A DNA stretch of 64,000 nucleotides from a bacterium (lineage in GTDB: Bacteria; Orphanbacterota; Orphanbacteria; JBJXGV01), in NCBI GenBank assembly GCA_046160485.1, contig JBJXGV010000002.1, positions 77,380-141,379 on the forward strand, in the 5' to 3' direction. A program made the position numbers and the translations under genes. A model generated the notes under the pieces. The model was given only the letters and a program-made list of their open reading frames with translations, did not search any database and was not told the origin of the DNA. Shown one piece after another: positions 54,313 to 63,277 of the stretch. Each line of letters opens with the position of its first letter. Positions within the stretch are counted from its first letter, which is position 1.

Positions 54313-55758
54313 ATGCACACACGAAGCTCCCATCGCCCAAGAATACTCGCGAGTATGGCTGTGTTTGTTTGCGTGATGTTGGCGCAGTCCATTACGGACG
54401 CCGGACGACACACCGCCGCGTTCGCGGGGACGCCCGGCTCCCCGACTACGATCGGGATTCCGTTTTCCGCGTGGTCCGAACTGACGCCTTCGCTCACCGA
54501 GAGTCCGAGCGCGAGGCGGCAGCACGCATCGGCGTACGACGCGCTGCGGGAGCACGTCGTCGTGGTCGGCGGAAACGATGGCGCTTTGCGCAACGACGTC
54601 TGGGTTCTCTCGCTCGGATTCGATCCCGAATGGACGCGGTCTTTTCCAACGGGAGCCGCACCGACGGGGCGCCGAGGCCACTCCCTCATCTACGATTCAC
54701 TTCGTGACCGCGTGATTCTCTTCGGCGGCTACGACGGAAACTATCGCCGCGATGTCTGGGCGCTCTCGCTCGGATCCAGTCCGGCATGGACGCTTCTCGG
54801 GACGGCGGGCAGCGCACCGCCCGTCGGGATGTATGGCCACTCCGCGATCTACGATCCGGTTCGCGATCAGATGGTCGTGTACGGCGGCGACTACGGAGGC
54901 CCATCGGAGTTCGCGGACGCGTGGGCGCTTTCGCTCGACGGGACTCCGACCTGGTCGATGATCTCTCCCGTAGGCGCGAAGCCGCCGCGCCGCGCGTTGC
55001 ACGCCACCGCGTACGATCCGGTCGGCGAGCGCCTCGTGATCATGGCCGGCCGAAGCGGGACGCTGAACCATCTGTCCGACGCGTGGGCGTTGTCGCTCAG
55101 CGGGACTCCCGCGTGGACCGAGCTGACGCCCAGCGGCTCGGGATTCGCGGGTCGCGAGGCCTCCGCAGCGATCTACGACCCCGTCGAGCGCCGCGTCGTG
55201 ATTTTCGGCGGCTGGTCCGACGAGACGGGCGAACTCGCGGATGTCTGGGCCCTGAAACTCGGCGCCAACGCGGGACTGACGCAACTGGCGCCCGCCGGCG
55301 ATCTCCCCGCGCCGCGCTGGGGCGACATCGTTCAATACGACCCGAGCGTCGATCGCATGCTGATGTTCGGCGGGAGCGGCCCGTATCGAGGCGACCTGTG
55401 GGAACTCCGCTGGTTCATCCGGCCCGGCAAGGTCGACGATGGCGATGGCATCGACAAGAATTGGGGAACGCCGCTCGCCGCGATGCCGCTTTCCATCGAG
55501 TCGTCGTACCCGAATCCGTTCGCGTCGTCGACGACGCTCAATTTCAGCTTGCCGGCAACGGACTATGCGCGCGTCGAGGTCTTCGATGTGAGTGGCCGCC
55601 TCGTGCGCGTTCTCGCGAACGGGCTCTCCGAGCGCGGCTATCACTCGGCCGTCTGGGATGGACTCGACGAGCAATCACGGGCCGTTCCGCCGGGGATGTA
55701 CTTCTTCCGATTGGAAGCGCGCTCGGGAACCGCGACGAGAAAAGTCATCCGCATGTAG
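54313..55758 (+). CDS. secreted Kelch-repeat beta-propeller protein (6 blades) with C-terminal Por_Secre_tail
   Basis: RBS GGAGGAGGG. Signal 'MAVFVCVMLAQS'. Repeats 'SLIYDSLRDRVILFGG' and 'SAIYDPVRDQMVVYGG'. The C-terminus reads 'SYPNPFASSTTLNFSL...VEVFDVSGRLVRVL...GMYFFRL'. Confidence 0.75.
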   Translation: MHTRSSHRPRILASMAVFVCVMLAQSITDAGRHTAAFAGTPGSPTTIGIPFSAWSELTPSLTESPSARRQHASAYDALREHVVVVGGNDGALRNDVWVLSLGFDPEWTRSFPTGAAPTGRRGHSLIYDSLRDRVILFGGYDGNYRRDVWALSLGSSPAWTLLGTAGSAPPVGMYGHSAIYDPVRDQMVVYGGDYGGPSEFADAWALSLDGTPTWSMISPVGAKPPRRALHATAYDPVGERLVIMAGRSGTLNHLSDAWALSLSGTPAWTELTPSGSGFAGREASAAIYDPVERRVVIFGGWSDETGELADVWALKLGANAGLTQLAPAGDLPAPRWGDIVQYDPSVDRMLMFGGSGPYRGDLWELRWFIRPGKVDDGDGIDKNWGTPLAAMPLSIESSYPNPFASSTTLNFSLPATDYARVEVFDVSGRLVRVLANGLSERGYHSAVWDGLDEQSRAVPPGMYFFRLEARSGTATRKVIRM

Positions 55759-55958
55759 TCCCGGAAGTCGACGCGGTGCGCGCGGCGGAACTCTCGCCGC
55801 GCGCATCGCGCCGAGCCTCGTAACACACGATCGACACCGCACCCGCCCGAAAAGAGAGAAGACGCGCAAGGCCGTGATACACTCGCGCGATTTTTCAAGC
55901 GTTCGATCGCGTCTGATCACGCGCGGGCTCTGCTCGTGCAATCCGGGAGGCTACTCTT

Positions 55959-57140
55959 GTGGGGAAAGGCGTTCGCGCTCTCGCGCCGAATCTGATCCTC
56001 TTGGCGATCAGCGGCCTGGTCGTGTTCGCGGGGCTCGAGATCGCGCTGCGCATTCTTGCGCCGAGCGAGATGATCTACCCGCCGGAGCAGGGCCGCGGCA
56101 AGGCGTCGCGATTCGATCCGCTCCTCGGGTGGGCGAACAAGGAAGGCGCGACGGTCGATCTGACGACGCGCGAGTTTTCGGCGACCGTCACGATCAACTC
56201 GAAGGGTTTGCGCGGGCGCGAGATTCCGTATGAGCGCACGCCGGGCAAGGCGCGCATCGCGCTCCTCGGCGATTCGTTCGCGTGGGGCTTCGGAGTCTCG
56301 GACGACGACGCGCTCGCGCCGCAACTGGAGCGCACGCTCGGCGACGGCGTCGAGGTCGTCAACATGGGCGTGATCGGCTATGGCACGGATCAAGAGGTGC
56401 TGTTCTACGAAAATGAAGGACGGCGTTACTCGCCGGACCTCGTGCTTCTCGTCTTCTGCCTGAACGATGTCGAGAACAACGTGAGCGATCGCGACCGCTG
56501 GTATGGAAAGCCGCGCTTCGTGCTCGACAGCGATTCGCTCACGCTGACGAACGTGCCGGTCTCGTCGGACGCGAAGTGGGACGACTGGCTCACGGAGTTT
56601 CGCCCCGAGCGCGCGGCGAACGACCGCGTTCCATTCAAGCGCCGCTTTCGCGCGTACACGTTTCTCACGGAGCGCTACTACAAGCTTCGCGAGCGGCTGG
56701 AGATCGTGCGCCCGGGTTTGTTCTCGGACGGGTTCAATCCGCAGCGCGAAGAAGCGTGGCGCGTGACGTTTCGCTTGCTCGAACGCCTGCGTCGCGATGT
56801 CGAGGCGGATGGCGCGCGTTTCGCCGTGCTGCTCGTGCCGCGCCTCGAGCAGCTTCGTTACCCGTCGTGGGTGCGCGTGAACGTGACGCTTTCGGCGTTC
56901 TGCGAGGGCGCGGGGATCGAGTTCTACGATTTTCTCCACGCCTACCGGCGCGCGCCCAACGGCGAGTCGATGTTCTTTCCGGTCGACGGGCATTGGAACG
57001 CCGCGGGGCATCGCTTCGCCGCGGAGAAACTCGCGGAACATCTGCGCAGCGCGGGGCTCTACCCCGTGCCGCGTGCCGCTGCGCCGAGCGCAAGCACCGT
57101 CGCGACGGCGGACTCCGTTGCGAGCGGCGGGATGCGATGA
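55959..57140 (+). CDS. SGNH/GDSL-family hydrolase with N-terminal membrane anchor
   Basis: GTG after GGGAGG. 'IALLGDSFAWGFGV' (GDSxxxG block I) and 'DGHWNAAGH' (DxxH block V). Confidence 0.65.
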   Translation: MGKGVRALAPNLILLAISGLVVFAGLEIALRILAPSEMIYPPEQGRGKASRFDPLLGWANKEGATVDLTTREFSATVTINSKGLRGREIPYERTPGKARIALLGDSFAWGFGVSDDDALAPQLERTLGDGVEVVNMGVIGYGTDQEVLFYENEGRRYSPDLVLLVFCLNDVENNVSDRDRWYGKPRFVLDSDSLTLTNVPVSSDAKWDDWLTEFRPERAANDRVPFKRRFRAYTFLTERYYKLRERLEIVRPGLFSDGFNPQREEAWRVTFRLLERLRRDVEADGARFAVLLVPRLEQLRYPSWVRVNVTLSAFCEGAGIEFYDFLHAYRRAPNGESMFFPVDGHWNAAGHRFAAEKLAEHLRSAGLYPVPRAAAPSASTVATADSVASGGMR

Positions 57141-58792
57141 CCGGCGTCGCGCCGGGCGCGCACAACGCGCGTAGCGTACCGCTCATCGTGGTCGCGCTTC
57201 AGGCGGCGCTTCTTCCTCTGGCGGGCGTGCCGATCTGGTTCCGCAACGAGGCGCCGTACCACTACATCATCGCGCGCGCAACCCCGCTTCTGGATTCGTG
57301 GAAAACCTACACCGAGGCGATCAACCGCCCGGTCGTGCGCGTCGCGGAGTGGGCCGCGTGCCACGCGTTCGGCGTCGATGCGACGCTTCATGTCCTCTGG
57401 AACGGCGCGCTCTTCGTCCTCTTCGCGCTCGTGCTCGCGCGATTCGCCGACGCGCTCTTCGGCGGTCTCGCCGGCTGGCTCTCGGTCGTCGTGCTCCTCG
57501 CCGCGTTCGACATCGTCTTCTATCCGGTCTTCAACGCGATTCACGGCGTGCAGTATCCGCTCGAACTTCTCCTCTCGACCGGCGCGCTCTATCTCATGTG
57601 GCAGGGGATGCGCGGAAGCGCCGCGCGCTTCGCCGCGGGGATGCTCTGCGCGGCCGCCGCGTTCTTCACGCACTCGATGAGTGTCGTCGTGATTCCGGCC
57701 GCCGTCGCGGTGATGGCGCTGAGCGCGGGTCCCGAGTTCGCGCTCGGCGGCCGCCGCGGCCGTATCGCGATCGTGCTCCTCGCCCCGTGCGCGCTCTTGC
57801 TGCTTCCCGTCGTGCAGTCGTCCGGCGCACCGGGCGGCATCATGGAAAAAGGCGGCGTGGGCGGCGCACTCATCTTCCTGCAATGGCGCTTCGAGATTCT
57901 CGCGAAGCTCGTGATGCGCCTACCCGCGGGGCCGATCCTGCTCGCGGGGGCGTTCGCGGCGGCGGTTGCGCGCGGCGACGCAAAACTGCGCGGCGTCGCG
58001 ATCGCAGTCGCGGCGGCGATCGTCGTCGCGCTGGCCGCGGTGAAGCTAGGCGCCGAATGGCTGGGCCTGGCGCTTTTCTTCGTCGCGTTCGCGATCGCCG
58101 CGATTCGCGATCGCCGGCTGCGCTTCTTGTTCGTGTGGGCGCTCGCGGGAGCGGCGCTCTTCATCGTGACGCGCGAGTGGAGCGCCTCGTACTATCGCCA
58201 TCTCGCGCTCCCAGCGGCGCTGGCGCTCGCCGGCACGCTGTCGCCGATCGTCTCCGCGATCGCCGCGCGCGCGCCGCGTCGGGCGATTCTGCGCCCGCTC
58301 GCGTCGCCGCTGCGCGCTGCGCTCCTCGTCGCGTCGCTCTCCTACGTTGCCGTCTTCGCCGCGCGGTTCGTCCCCGTGCCGTACGTCGGCGCGAAGGTGC
58401 GCGAGCTCGAGTACGTGAAGGATCTTTCGTTCGCGTTCCGCGACGCGATCGCGGATGCCGCCGGCCGCGTCGCCGACGGCGACACACTCCTCATGTACAA
58501 GGGCCAGTCGCGCGACTCCGAAATGGAGTCGCTCTACGGCGAAGATTTCTTTCTGCGACTTCAGCCCTCGAAGTTTCCCTACTACGAGTGGTACTTTCGT
58601 CTCTACGGTAAGACGGTGATGGTCGAGGCGGTCGAGGCGCGTGCGGCCGCGGCGCGAAGCCGCGGCGGGCGGGCGCTTCTCGCGGTCAACGCGTGGGAGA
58701 TCCGCGACGCGAGCAGCGCGTTCGGCGGTGCGCCCGCGCGCGAGTTCCGGCGCGGCCGCGCGCGCGCCGCACTTTTCGAAGTGGAGAACTGA
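57137..58792 (+). CDS. polytopic membrane protein, hypothetical (551 aa)
   Basis: ATG overlaps the upstream stop (ATGA). More than 10 hydrophobic helices, then a soluble C-terminal domain. Confidence 0.45.
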   Translation: MTGVAPGAHNARSVPLIVVALQAALLPLAGVPIWFRNEAPYHYIIARATPLLDSWKTYTEAINRPVVRVAEWAACHAFGVDATLHVLWNGALFVLFALVLARFADALFGGLAGWLSVVVLLAAFDIVFYPVFNAIHGVQYPLELLLSTGALYLMWQGMRGSAARFAAGMLCAAAAFFTHSMSVVVIPAAVAVMALSAGPEFALGGRRGRIAIVLLAPCALLLLPVVQSSGAPGGIMEKGGVGGALIFLQWRFEILAKLVMRLPAGPILLAGAFAAAVARGDAKLRGVAIAVAAAIVVALAAVKLGAEWLGLALFFVAFAIAAIRDRRLRFLFVWALAGAALFIVTREWSASYYRHLALPAALALAGTLSPIVSAIAARAPRRAILRPLASPLRAALLVASLSYVAVFAARFVPVPYVGAKVRELEYVKDLSFAFRDAIADAAGRVADGDTLLMYKGQSRDSEMESLYGEDFFLRLQPSKFPYYEWYFRLYGKTVMVEAVEARAAAARSRGGRALLAVNAWEIRDASSAFGGAPAREFRRGRARAALFEVEN

Positions 58793-59769
58793 TGACGAAA
58801 AAGACGGTCGCGCTCTTGGTTTTCGGCTCGCTCTTCTTCGTCGTCTATCTGGTCCGCATCCCCTGGAACGAGGCGATCCCCGATCTTCTCGCGTTTCCGC
58901 GCGTCCCGCTCCTGCTCCTCATCGCGTCGAACGCGCTCACGCCGGTGCTCAAGGCGATTCGTTGGCGCCTCTTGCTTGGCAGCGTCGGCGAGGCGATTCC
59001 GTTTCGTACGATGATCTCCTCCGTCTCGGGCGGATTTTTTCTCGGCCTCGTGACGCCGGGCACGAGCGGCGAGTTGGCGCGCGTCGTCACGCTCAAGGTC
59101 GATCGCACGCTCGGGATCAGCAGCATCGTCTTCGAGAAAATCTGGGACTTCATCATGCTGCTCCTCATCGCGCTGACGGCGCTCATCGCGATCGTCGTGC
59201 ACGGGCCGGCGCTTTTCATCGTGGCCCCCGCGGTGTGGGCGCTCGCGGGCGTGCTCGTCTACGTCGTCGCGCGCCGGCCGAGCGTTGCCTCCGCGCTGCC
59301 GCGCATTCTCATACGCCGCTTTCTCTCTCAAGAGCGCGGCGACAAACTCGCGGCCGTCTGGCAGTCGTTCGTGAACTTCCTCCGCAGCGGGCGCCTCACG
59401 TTTATCTCGGCGTTCTTCGCGCTGCTCTTGTGGGTGATCCCGGGCTGCCAGTACTACTTCGTCCTCAAAAACCTCGGCGTCGACGCGACGTTTCGCATGG
59501 TGCTCATCTCGTTCTTCCTTCCGTATCTCGTCGGCGTCGTCTCGCTCGTTCCGCTCGGACTCGGTGTCTTCGATCTCTTCGCGTCGAGTCTCGCGCGTGG
59601 GCGCTTCGGACTCACGATCGGGCAGGCGACGGCGAGTATCCTCCTCTACCGCATGCTGATTCCGTTCGTGCTCGTCTTGTGGGGTTTCGTCTGCTACGTG
59701 CACCGCGTCCGCAAGAAGGAGCGAACGAAACACGCGGAGGATCTTGGATCGCGGGCGGTCGGAAGCTAG
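58792..59769 (+). CDS. lysylphosphatidylglycerol-synthase TM-domain family (flippase-like, UPF0104) membrane protein
   Basis: Start overlaps the upstream stop (TGATG). 'KAIRWRLLLGS...SGGFFLGLVTPGTSGELARV' is typical of LPG_synthase_TM proteins. Confidence 0.55.
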   Translation: MTKKTVALLVFGSLFFVVYLVRIPWNEAIPDLLAFPRVPLLLLIASNALTPVLKAIRWRLLLGSVGEAIPFRTMISSVSGGFFLGLVTPGTSGELARVVTLKVDRTLGISSIVFEKIWDFIMLLLIALTALIAIVVHGPALFIVAPAVWALAGVLVYVVARRPSVASALPRILIRRFLSQERGDKLAAVWQSFVNFLRSGRLTFISAFFALLLWVIPGCQYYFVLKNLGVDATFRMVLISFFLPYLVGVVSLVPLGLGVFDLFASSLARGRFGLTIGQATASILLYRMLIPFVLVLWGFVCYVHRVRKKERTKHAEDLGSRAVGS

Positions 59770-59814
59770 AATCGGTCGCGATCGCCGCACGCCCGACACG
59801 AAGGAGTCTCCCGC

Positions 59815-60528
59815 GTGAATGACACGAACGAAACGTTGAACGATACGCTGAGCGAAGTCGAGGCGCGCATCGTCGGCTGCCTCATCGAAAAGCAAATCAC
59901 GACGCCCGACTACTATCCGCTCTCGCTCAACGCGCTCACGAACGCGTGCAATCAGAAGAACAATCGCGATCCGGTCGTGTTCTACGACGACCGCACCGTG
60001 GAGGCGGCGCTTCACGCGCTCTTCCCGATGCGCCTCGTGATCAAGGTGACGGGAGCCGATAGTCGCGTCCCCAAGTATCGCCATCAGTTCCCGGAGATCT
60101 ACGCGGTCACGCCGGCGGAGGTCGCGGTGTTGTGCGTCCTCATGTTGCGCGGCCCGCTCACGCTCGGCGAGGTTCGCGGCTGCACGGGGCGGCTCCACGA
60201 ATTCGCGGACTTAGCGCAGGTCGAGGCGACGCTCGATGCGTTGATGCGGCGCGAGCCGAAGCCCTACGTGATGCGCCTCCCGCGGCAGCCGGGGCAGAAA
60301 GAGTCGCGCTTCGCACAGCTTCTGTGCGGAGAGCCCGAGATCGCGGCGGTCGATGAGATCGCTCCGGCGGCGAGCGAATCGCCGCGTGCGAGCACGGCGC
60401 GGCACGCGGGCTCACCCGGGGCCGTCGACTCGAAACTCGCTGCCATGGAGGGCGAGATCGCCGCGCTGCGCGCCGAGATCGACGCGCTCAAGCGCGAGTT
60501 CGAATCGTTCCGCAAGGCGTTCGAGTGA
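59815..60528 (+). CDS. YceH/DUF480 family protein
   Basis: 'EARIVGCLIEKQITTPDYYPLSLNALTNACNQKNNRDPVV' and 'RGPLTLGEVRGCTGRLHEF' match UPF0502. C-terminal coiled coil. Confidence 0.75.
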   Translation: MNDTNETLNDTLSEVEARIVGCLIEKQITTPDYYPLSLNALTNACNQKNNRDPVVFYDDRTVEAALHALFPMRLVIKVTGADSRVPKYRHQFPEIYAVTPAEVAVLCVLMLRGPLTLGEVRGCTGRLHEFADLAQVEATLDALMRREPKPYVMRLPRQPGQKESRFAQLLCGEPEIAAVDEIAPAASESPRASTARHAGSPGAVDSKLAAMEGEIAALRAEIDALKREFESFRKAFE

Positions 60529-61757
60529 CGTTTCAGGCGAAGCAGTTCTATCGCAAACTCGACGGGCTTCTGCACGAGATCGACGTGGGCACCGGCGATC
60601 AGAAATGGTTTACGTGGCTCGTGCGCGAAATCGTCGAACGTTTCGGCGAAGAACTCTTCATCGACAGCGGGCGCCTCTACGCCGAGGGGAGCGGCGGATT
60701 TCATCTCCGCAAGGAATTCAAGTCGAAGGACCCCGCGGCGCGCGGGCTCGTGATCCCGAAGGATTATCGGCCGATGCAGCTCGTGCTCGACCACGGCATC
60801 TACATTTTCGACGCGACGGTCGAGGGGCAGAGCCCGGAGGTCGAGAATCGCCTCGGCGGGCTCGAATCGATTGCGATTCTCATCGAGGCGCGGCCACGGC
60901 GCATTCTTGCGTTCGGCCTTCGCGGCGGGTGGGAGCGCGATCACCTCGACTTCGCGGTGAAGACGATTCGGAACGCGATCAATCAGCGGCTCGCGGTCGT
61001 CGATCTGAAGACGGACGTCGATCAGGCGGCGGAGATTCAGCGAAGCCTTCTGCCGGAGACACCGCCGGCGTTCCCCGGCTATTCGATCGCGGCGCGCTCG
61101 ATCGCGGCAACGGCGGTCGGCGGTGACTTCTACGATTTCTTGCCGCAGGGGCCGGGCGCGATCGGCGTGGCGCTCGGCGACGCGAGCGGCCACGGACTCG
61201 GCGCGGCGCTCTTGGCGCGCGACGTCGTCACCGGATTGCGCATGGCGTCCGAGCGCGATCTCAAACTCACGTCGACGATCATCAAGCTCAATCGCGTCAT
61301 CTCGCGCAGCATGCTCTCGACGCGTTTCGTATCGCTCTTCTACGGCGAGCTCGAGTCGAACGGGAATCTCTTCTACGTGAACGCGGGGCATCCGCCGCCG
61401 CTTCTGTTCGGGCCGCGCGGCGTGCGGCGCCTCACGATCGGCGGCTCGATCCTCGGCCCCGTGAGCGACATGCTCTTCAAGCGCGGTTTCGCGCACATCG
61501 ACCGCGGCGATACGCTCGTTGTCTACTCGGACGGCGTCGTCGAGCGCGAAGGCGCGAACGGCGAGGAGTTCGGCGAATCCGGAATCGAAGCGACGGTCGC
61601 ATCGCGCGTCGGCGAGCCCGCGCCGGGGATTCTCAAGCTGATCTTCGCGGCGGCGGAGAAGCACGGCGAGCGCCGGCCGTGGGACGACGACACGACGGCG
61701 GTTGTGATCACGCGCGAGGCGATGCCGAGCGCGGGCGCGAAAGAGATGGAATCGTGA
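60525..61757 (+). CDS. PP2C-family Ser/Thr phosphatase (SpoIIE/RsbU-like) with N-terminal GAF-like domain
   Basis: 'GDFYDF...LGDASGHGLGAALLARDV', 'FYVNAGHPPPLL' and 'DTLVVYSDGVVE'. GTGA overlap with the upstream gene. Confidence 0.75.
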   Translation: MTFQAKQFYRKLDGLLHEIDVGTGDQKWFTWLVREIVERFGEELFIDSGRLYAEGSGGFHLRKEFKSKDPAARGLVIPKDYRPMQLVLDHGIYIFDATVEGQSPEVENRLGGLESIAILIEARPRRILAFGLRGGWERDHLDFAVKTIRNAINQRLAVVDLKTDVDQAAEIQRSLLPETPPAFPGYSIAARSIAATAVGGDFYDFLPQGPGAIGVALGDASGHGLGAALLARDVVTGLRMASERDLKLTSTIIKLNRVISRSMLSTRFVSLFYGELESNGNLFYVNAGHPPPLLFGPRGVRRLTIGGSILGPVSDMLFKRGFAHIDRGDTLVVYSDGVVEREGANGEEFGESGIEATVASRVGEPAPGILKLIFAAAEKHGERRPWDDDTTAVVITREAMPSAGAKEMES

Positions 61758-61803
61758 GCCGGGAACAAGACCGCTCGCGTCGAGCCGCATCGGGGAGCGA
61801 TCT

Positions 61804-62694
61804 GTGACGAACTCTTCGGTCATCGCAGGCCGCCCGCATCCTATCGTCGCGTACTCGCGCTTCCTCAAGATCGAGCACACGGTGTTCTCGCTCCCGGTGA
61901 TCTTCGGAGGAACGTTGCTTGCAGATGCGAGCGGGCTGACGGCCGCGCGCGCGGCGTGGATCGTCGTCGCCGGGTTCGGCGCGCGCACGGCGGCGATGGC
62001 ACTCAACCGGATCATCGACCGCGCGATCGACGCCGCGAATCCGCGCACGGCGTCGCGCGAGCTGCCGTCGCGCGCGATGTCGCTCGCCGAGGCGTGGGGG
62101 ATCGCAGCGGCCGGCGCATCGCTCTACTTCGTCGCCGCCGCGTTTCTGTCGCGGCTCTGCCTTGTGCTCTCGCCGATTCCGCTCGCCGTGTTCGTTCTCT
62201 ATCCGTATCTGAAGCGCGTCACGCCGCTCTGCCATCTCGGCGTCGGCGCGGCTCTCGCGCTCGCGCCACTCGGCGGTTGGCTCGCCGCAGGCCCGCGCTC
62301 GTTCGGCGAGATCGGCGCCAACGCGATCGCGCCCGCGCTTCTCGCCGCGTTCACGTTTTTCTGGGTCGCGGGCTTCGATGTGATCTATGCCACACTCGAC
62401 GAGGAGTTCGATCGCGCGAAGGGTGTGCGCTCACTCCCCGCGGCGTTGGGCCGCGATCGCGCGCTTCGCGTGTCGGCGGCGTTCCACGCGTGCGCGATCG
62501 CCGCGCTCGTCGCGCTCGCGCTCCACGCGCGCTTCGCGCCGATCGCGCTCGTCTTCGCCGCCGCGATTCTCGTTCTCTTCGCACTCGAGCAGCGTCTCGC
62601 ACGCAACGTCGACCTAGCGTTCTTCAAACTCAACATCATCGTCGGATTTGCGGCGCTTGCGTTCGTCGCGGCCGGTGTGTGGGGGCGCGCATGA
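61804..62694 (+). CDS. ubiA: UbiA-family aromatic prenyltransferase (4-hydroxybenzoate polyprenyltransferase or MqnP-like)
   Basis: 'NRIIDRAIDAANPRTASRELP' (NxxxDxxxD) and multi-TM. Confidence 0.7.
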   Translation: MTNSSVIAGRPHPIVAYSRFLKIEHTVFSLPVIFGGTLLADASGLTAARAAWIVVAGFGARTAAMALNRIIDRAIDAANPRTASRELPSRAMSLAEAWGIAAAGASLYFVAAAFLSRLCLVLSPIPLAVFVLYPYLKRVTPLCHLGVGAALALAPLGGWLAAGPRSFGEIGANAIAPALLAAFTFFWVAGFDVIYATLDEEFDRAKGVRSLPAALGRDRALRVSAAFHACAIAALVALALHARFAPIALVFAAAILVLFALEQRLARNVDLAFFKLNIIVGFAALAFVAAGVWGRA

Positions 62695-63263
62695 GCGAAC
62701 CCGTCGCGCGCCCGAAGCGCATCGTGATCGGCATCTCGGCCGCTTCGGGCGCGGTCTACGCCATCGATTTCGTCAAGCGCGCGCCCGCCGAGAAGTACCT
62801 CATCGTATCGGATTGGGGACGCGCGGTTCTCAACATGGAGGAAGGGATCGGCGTCGAGGCGCTCGAACCGCACGTCAAGCGCGTCTTCTCGGACAAGGAC
62901 CTCGCGGCGCCGTTTGCGTCGGGCTCGAATCCGTTCGACGCGTTCGTCGTGATTCCGTGCTCGATCTCGACGCTCGCGAAGATCGCCGCGGGCATCGGCG
63001 ACACGCTCATCACGCGCGTCGCGCAGGTCGCACTCAAGGAGCGGCGCACGATGGTGCTCGCGCTCCGGGAAACGCCGCTCCCGACGAACGCGCTCGAGAA
63101 CGCCGCGCGCCTTTCGCGCGACGGCGTCATCATCATGCCCGTCTCGCCGCCGTGGTATCAGGGGCCGCACTCGCTCGACGACGTCGTCGCCGGCTTCGTC
63201 GACAAAATCTTCCGCGTACTCGATCTCCCCGCCGCTCCGGGTTGGCGCGAGGAAGACCTCTAG
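62691..63263 (+). CDS. ubiX: flavin prenyltransferase UbiX (prenyl-FMN synthase)
   Basis: 'RIVIGISAASGAVYAIDFV' and 'FVVIPCSISTLAKIAAGIGDTLITRVAQVALKERR'. ATGA overlap with ubiA. Confidence 0.85.
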   Translation: MSEPVARPKRIVIGISAASGAVYAIDFVKRAPAEKYLIVSDWGRAVLNMEEGIGVEALEPHVKRVFSDKDLAAPFASGSNPFDAFVVIPCSISTLAKIAAGIGDTLITRVAQVALKERRTMVLALRETPLPTNALENAARLSRDGVIIMPVSPPWYQGPHSLDDVVAGFVDKIFRVLDLPAAPGWREEDL

Positions 63264-63277
63264 CCGTTGAGCATGCG

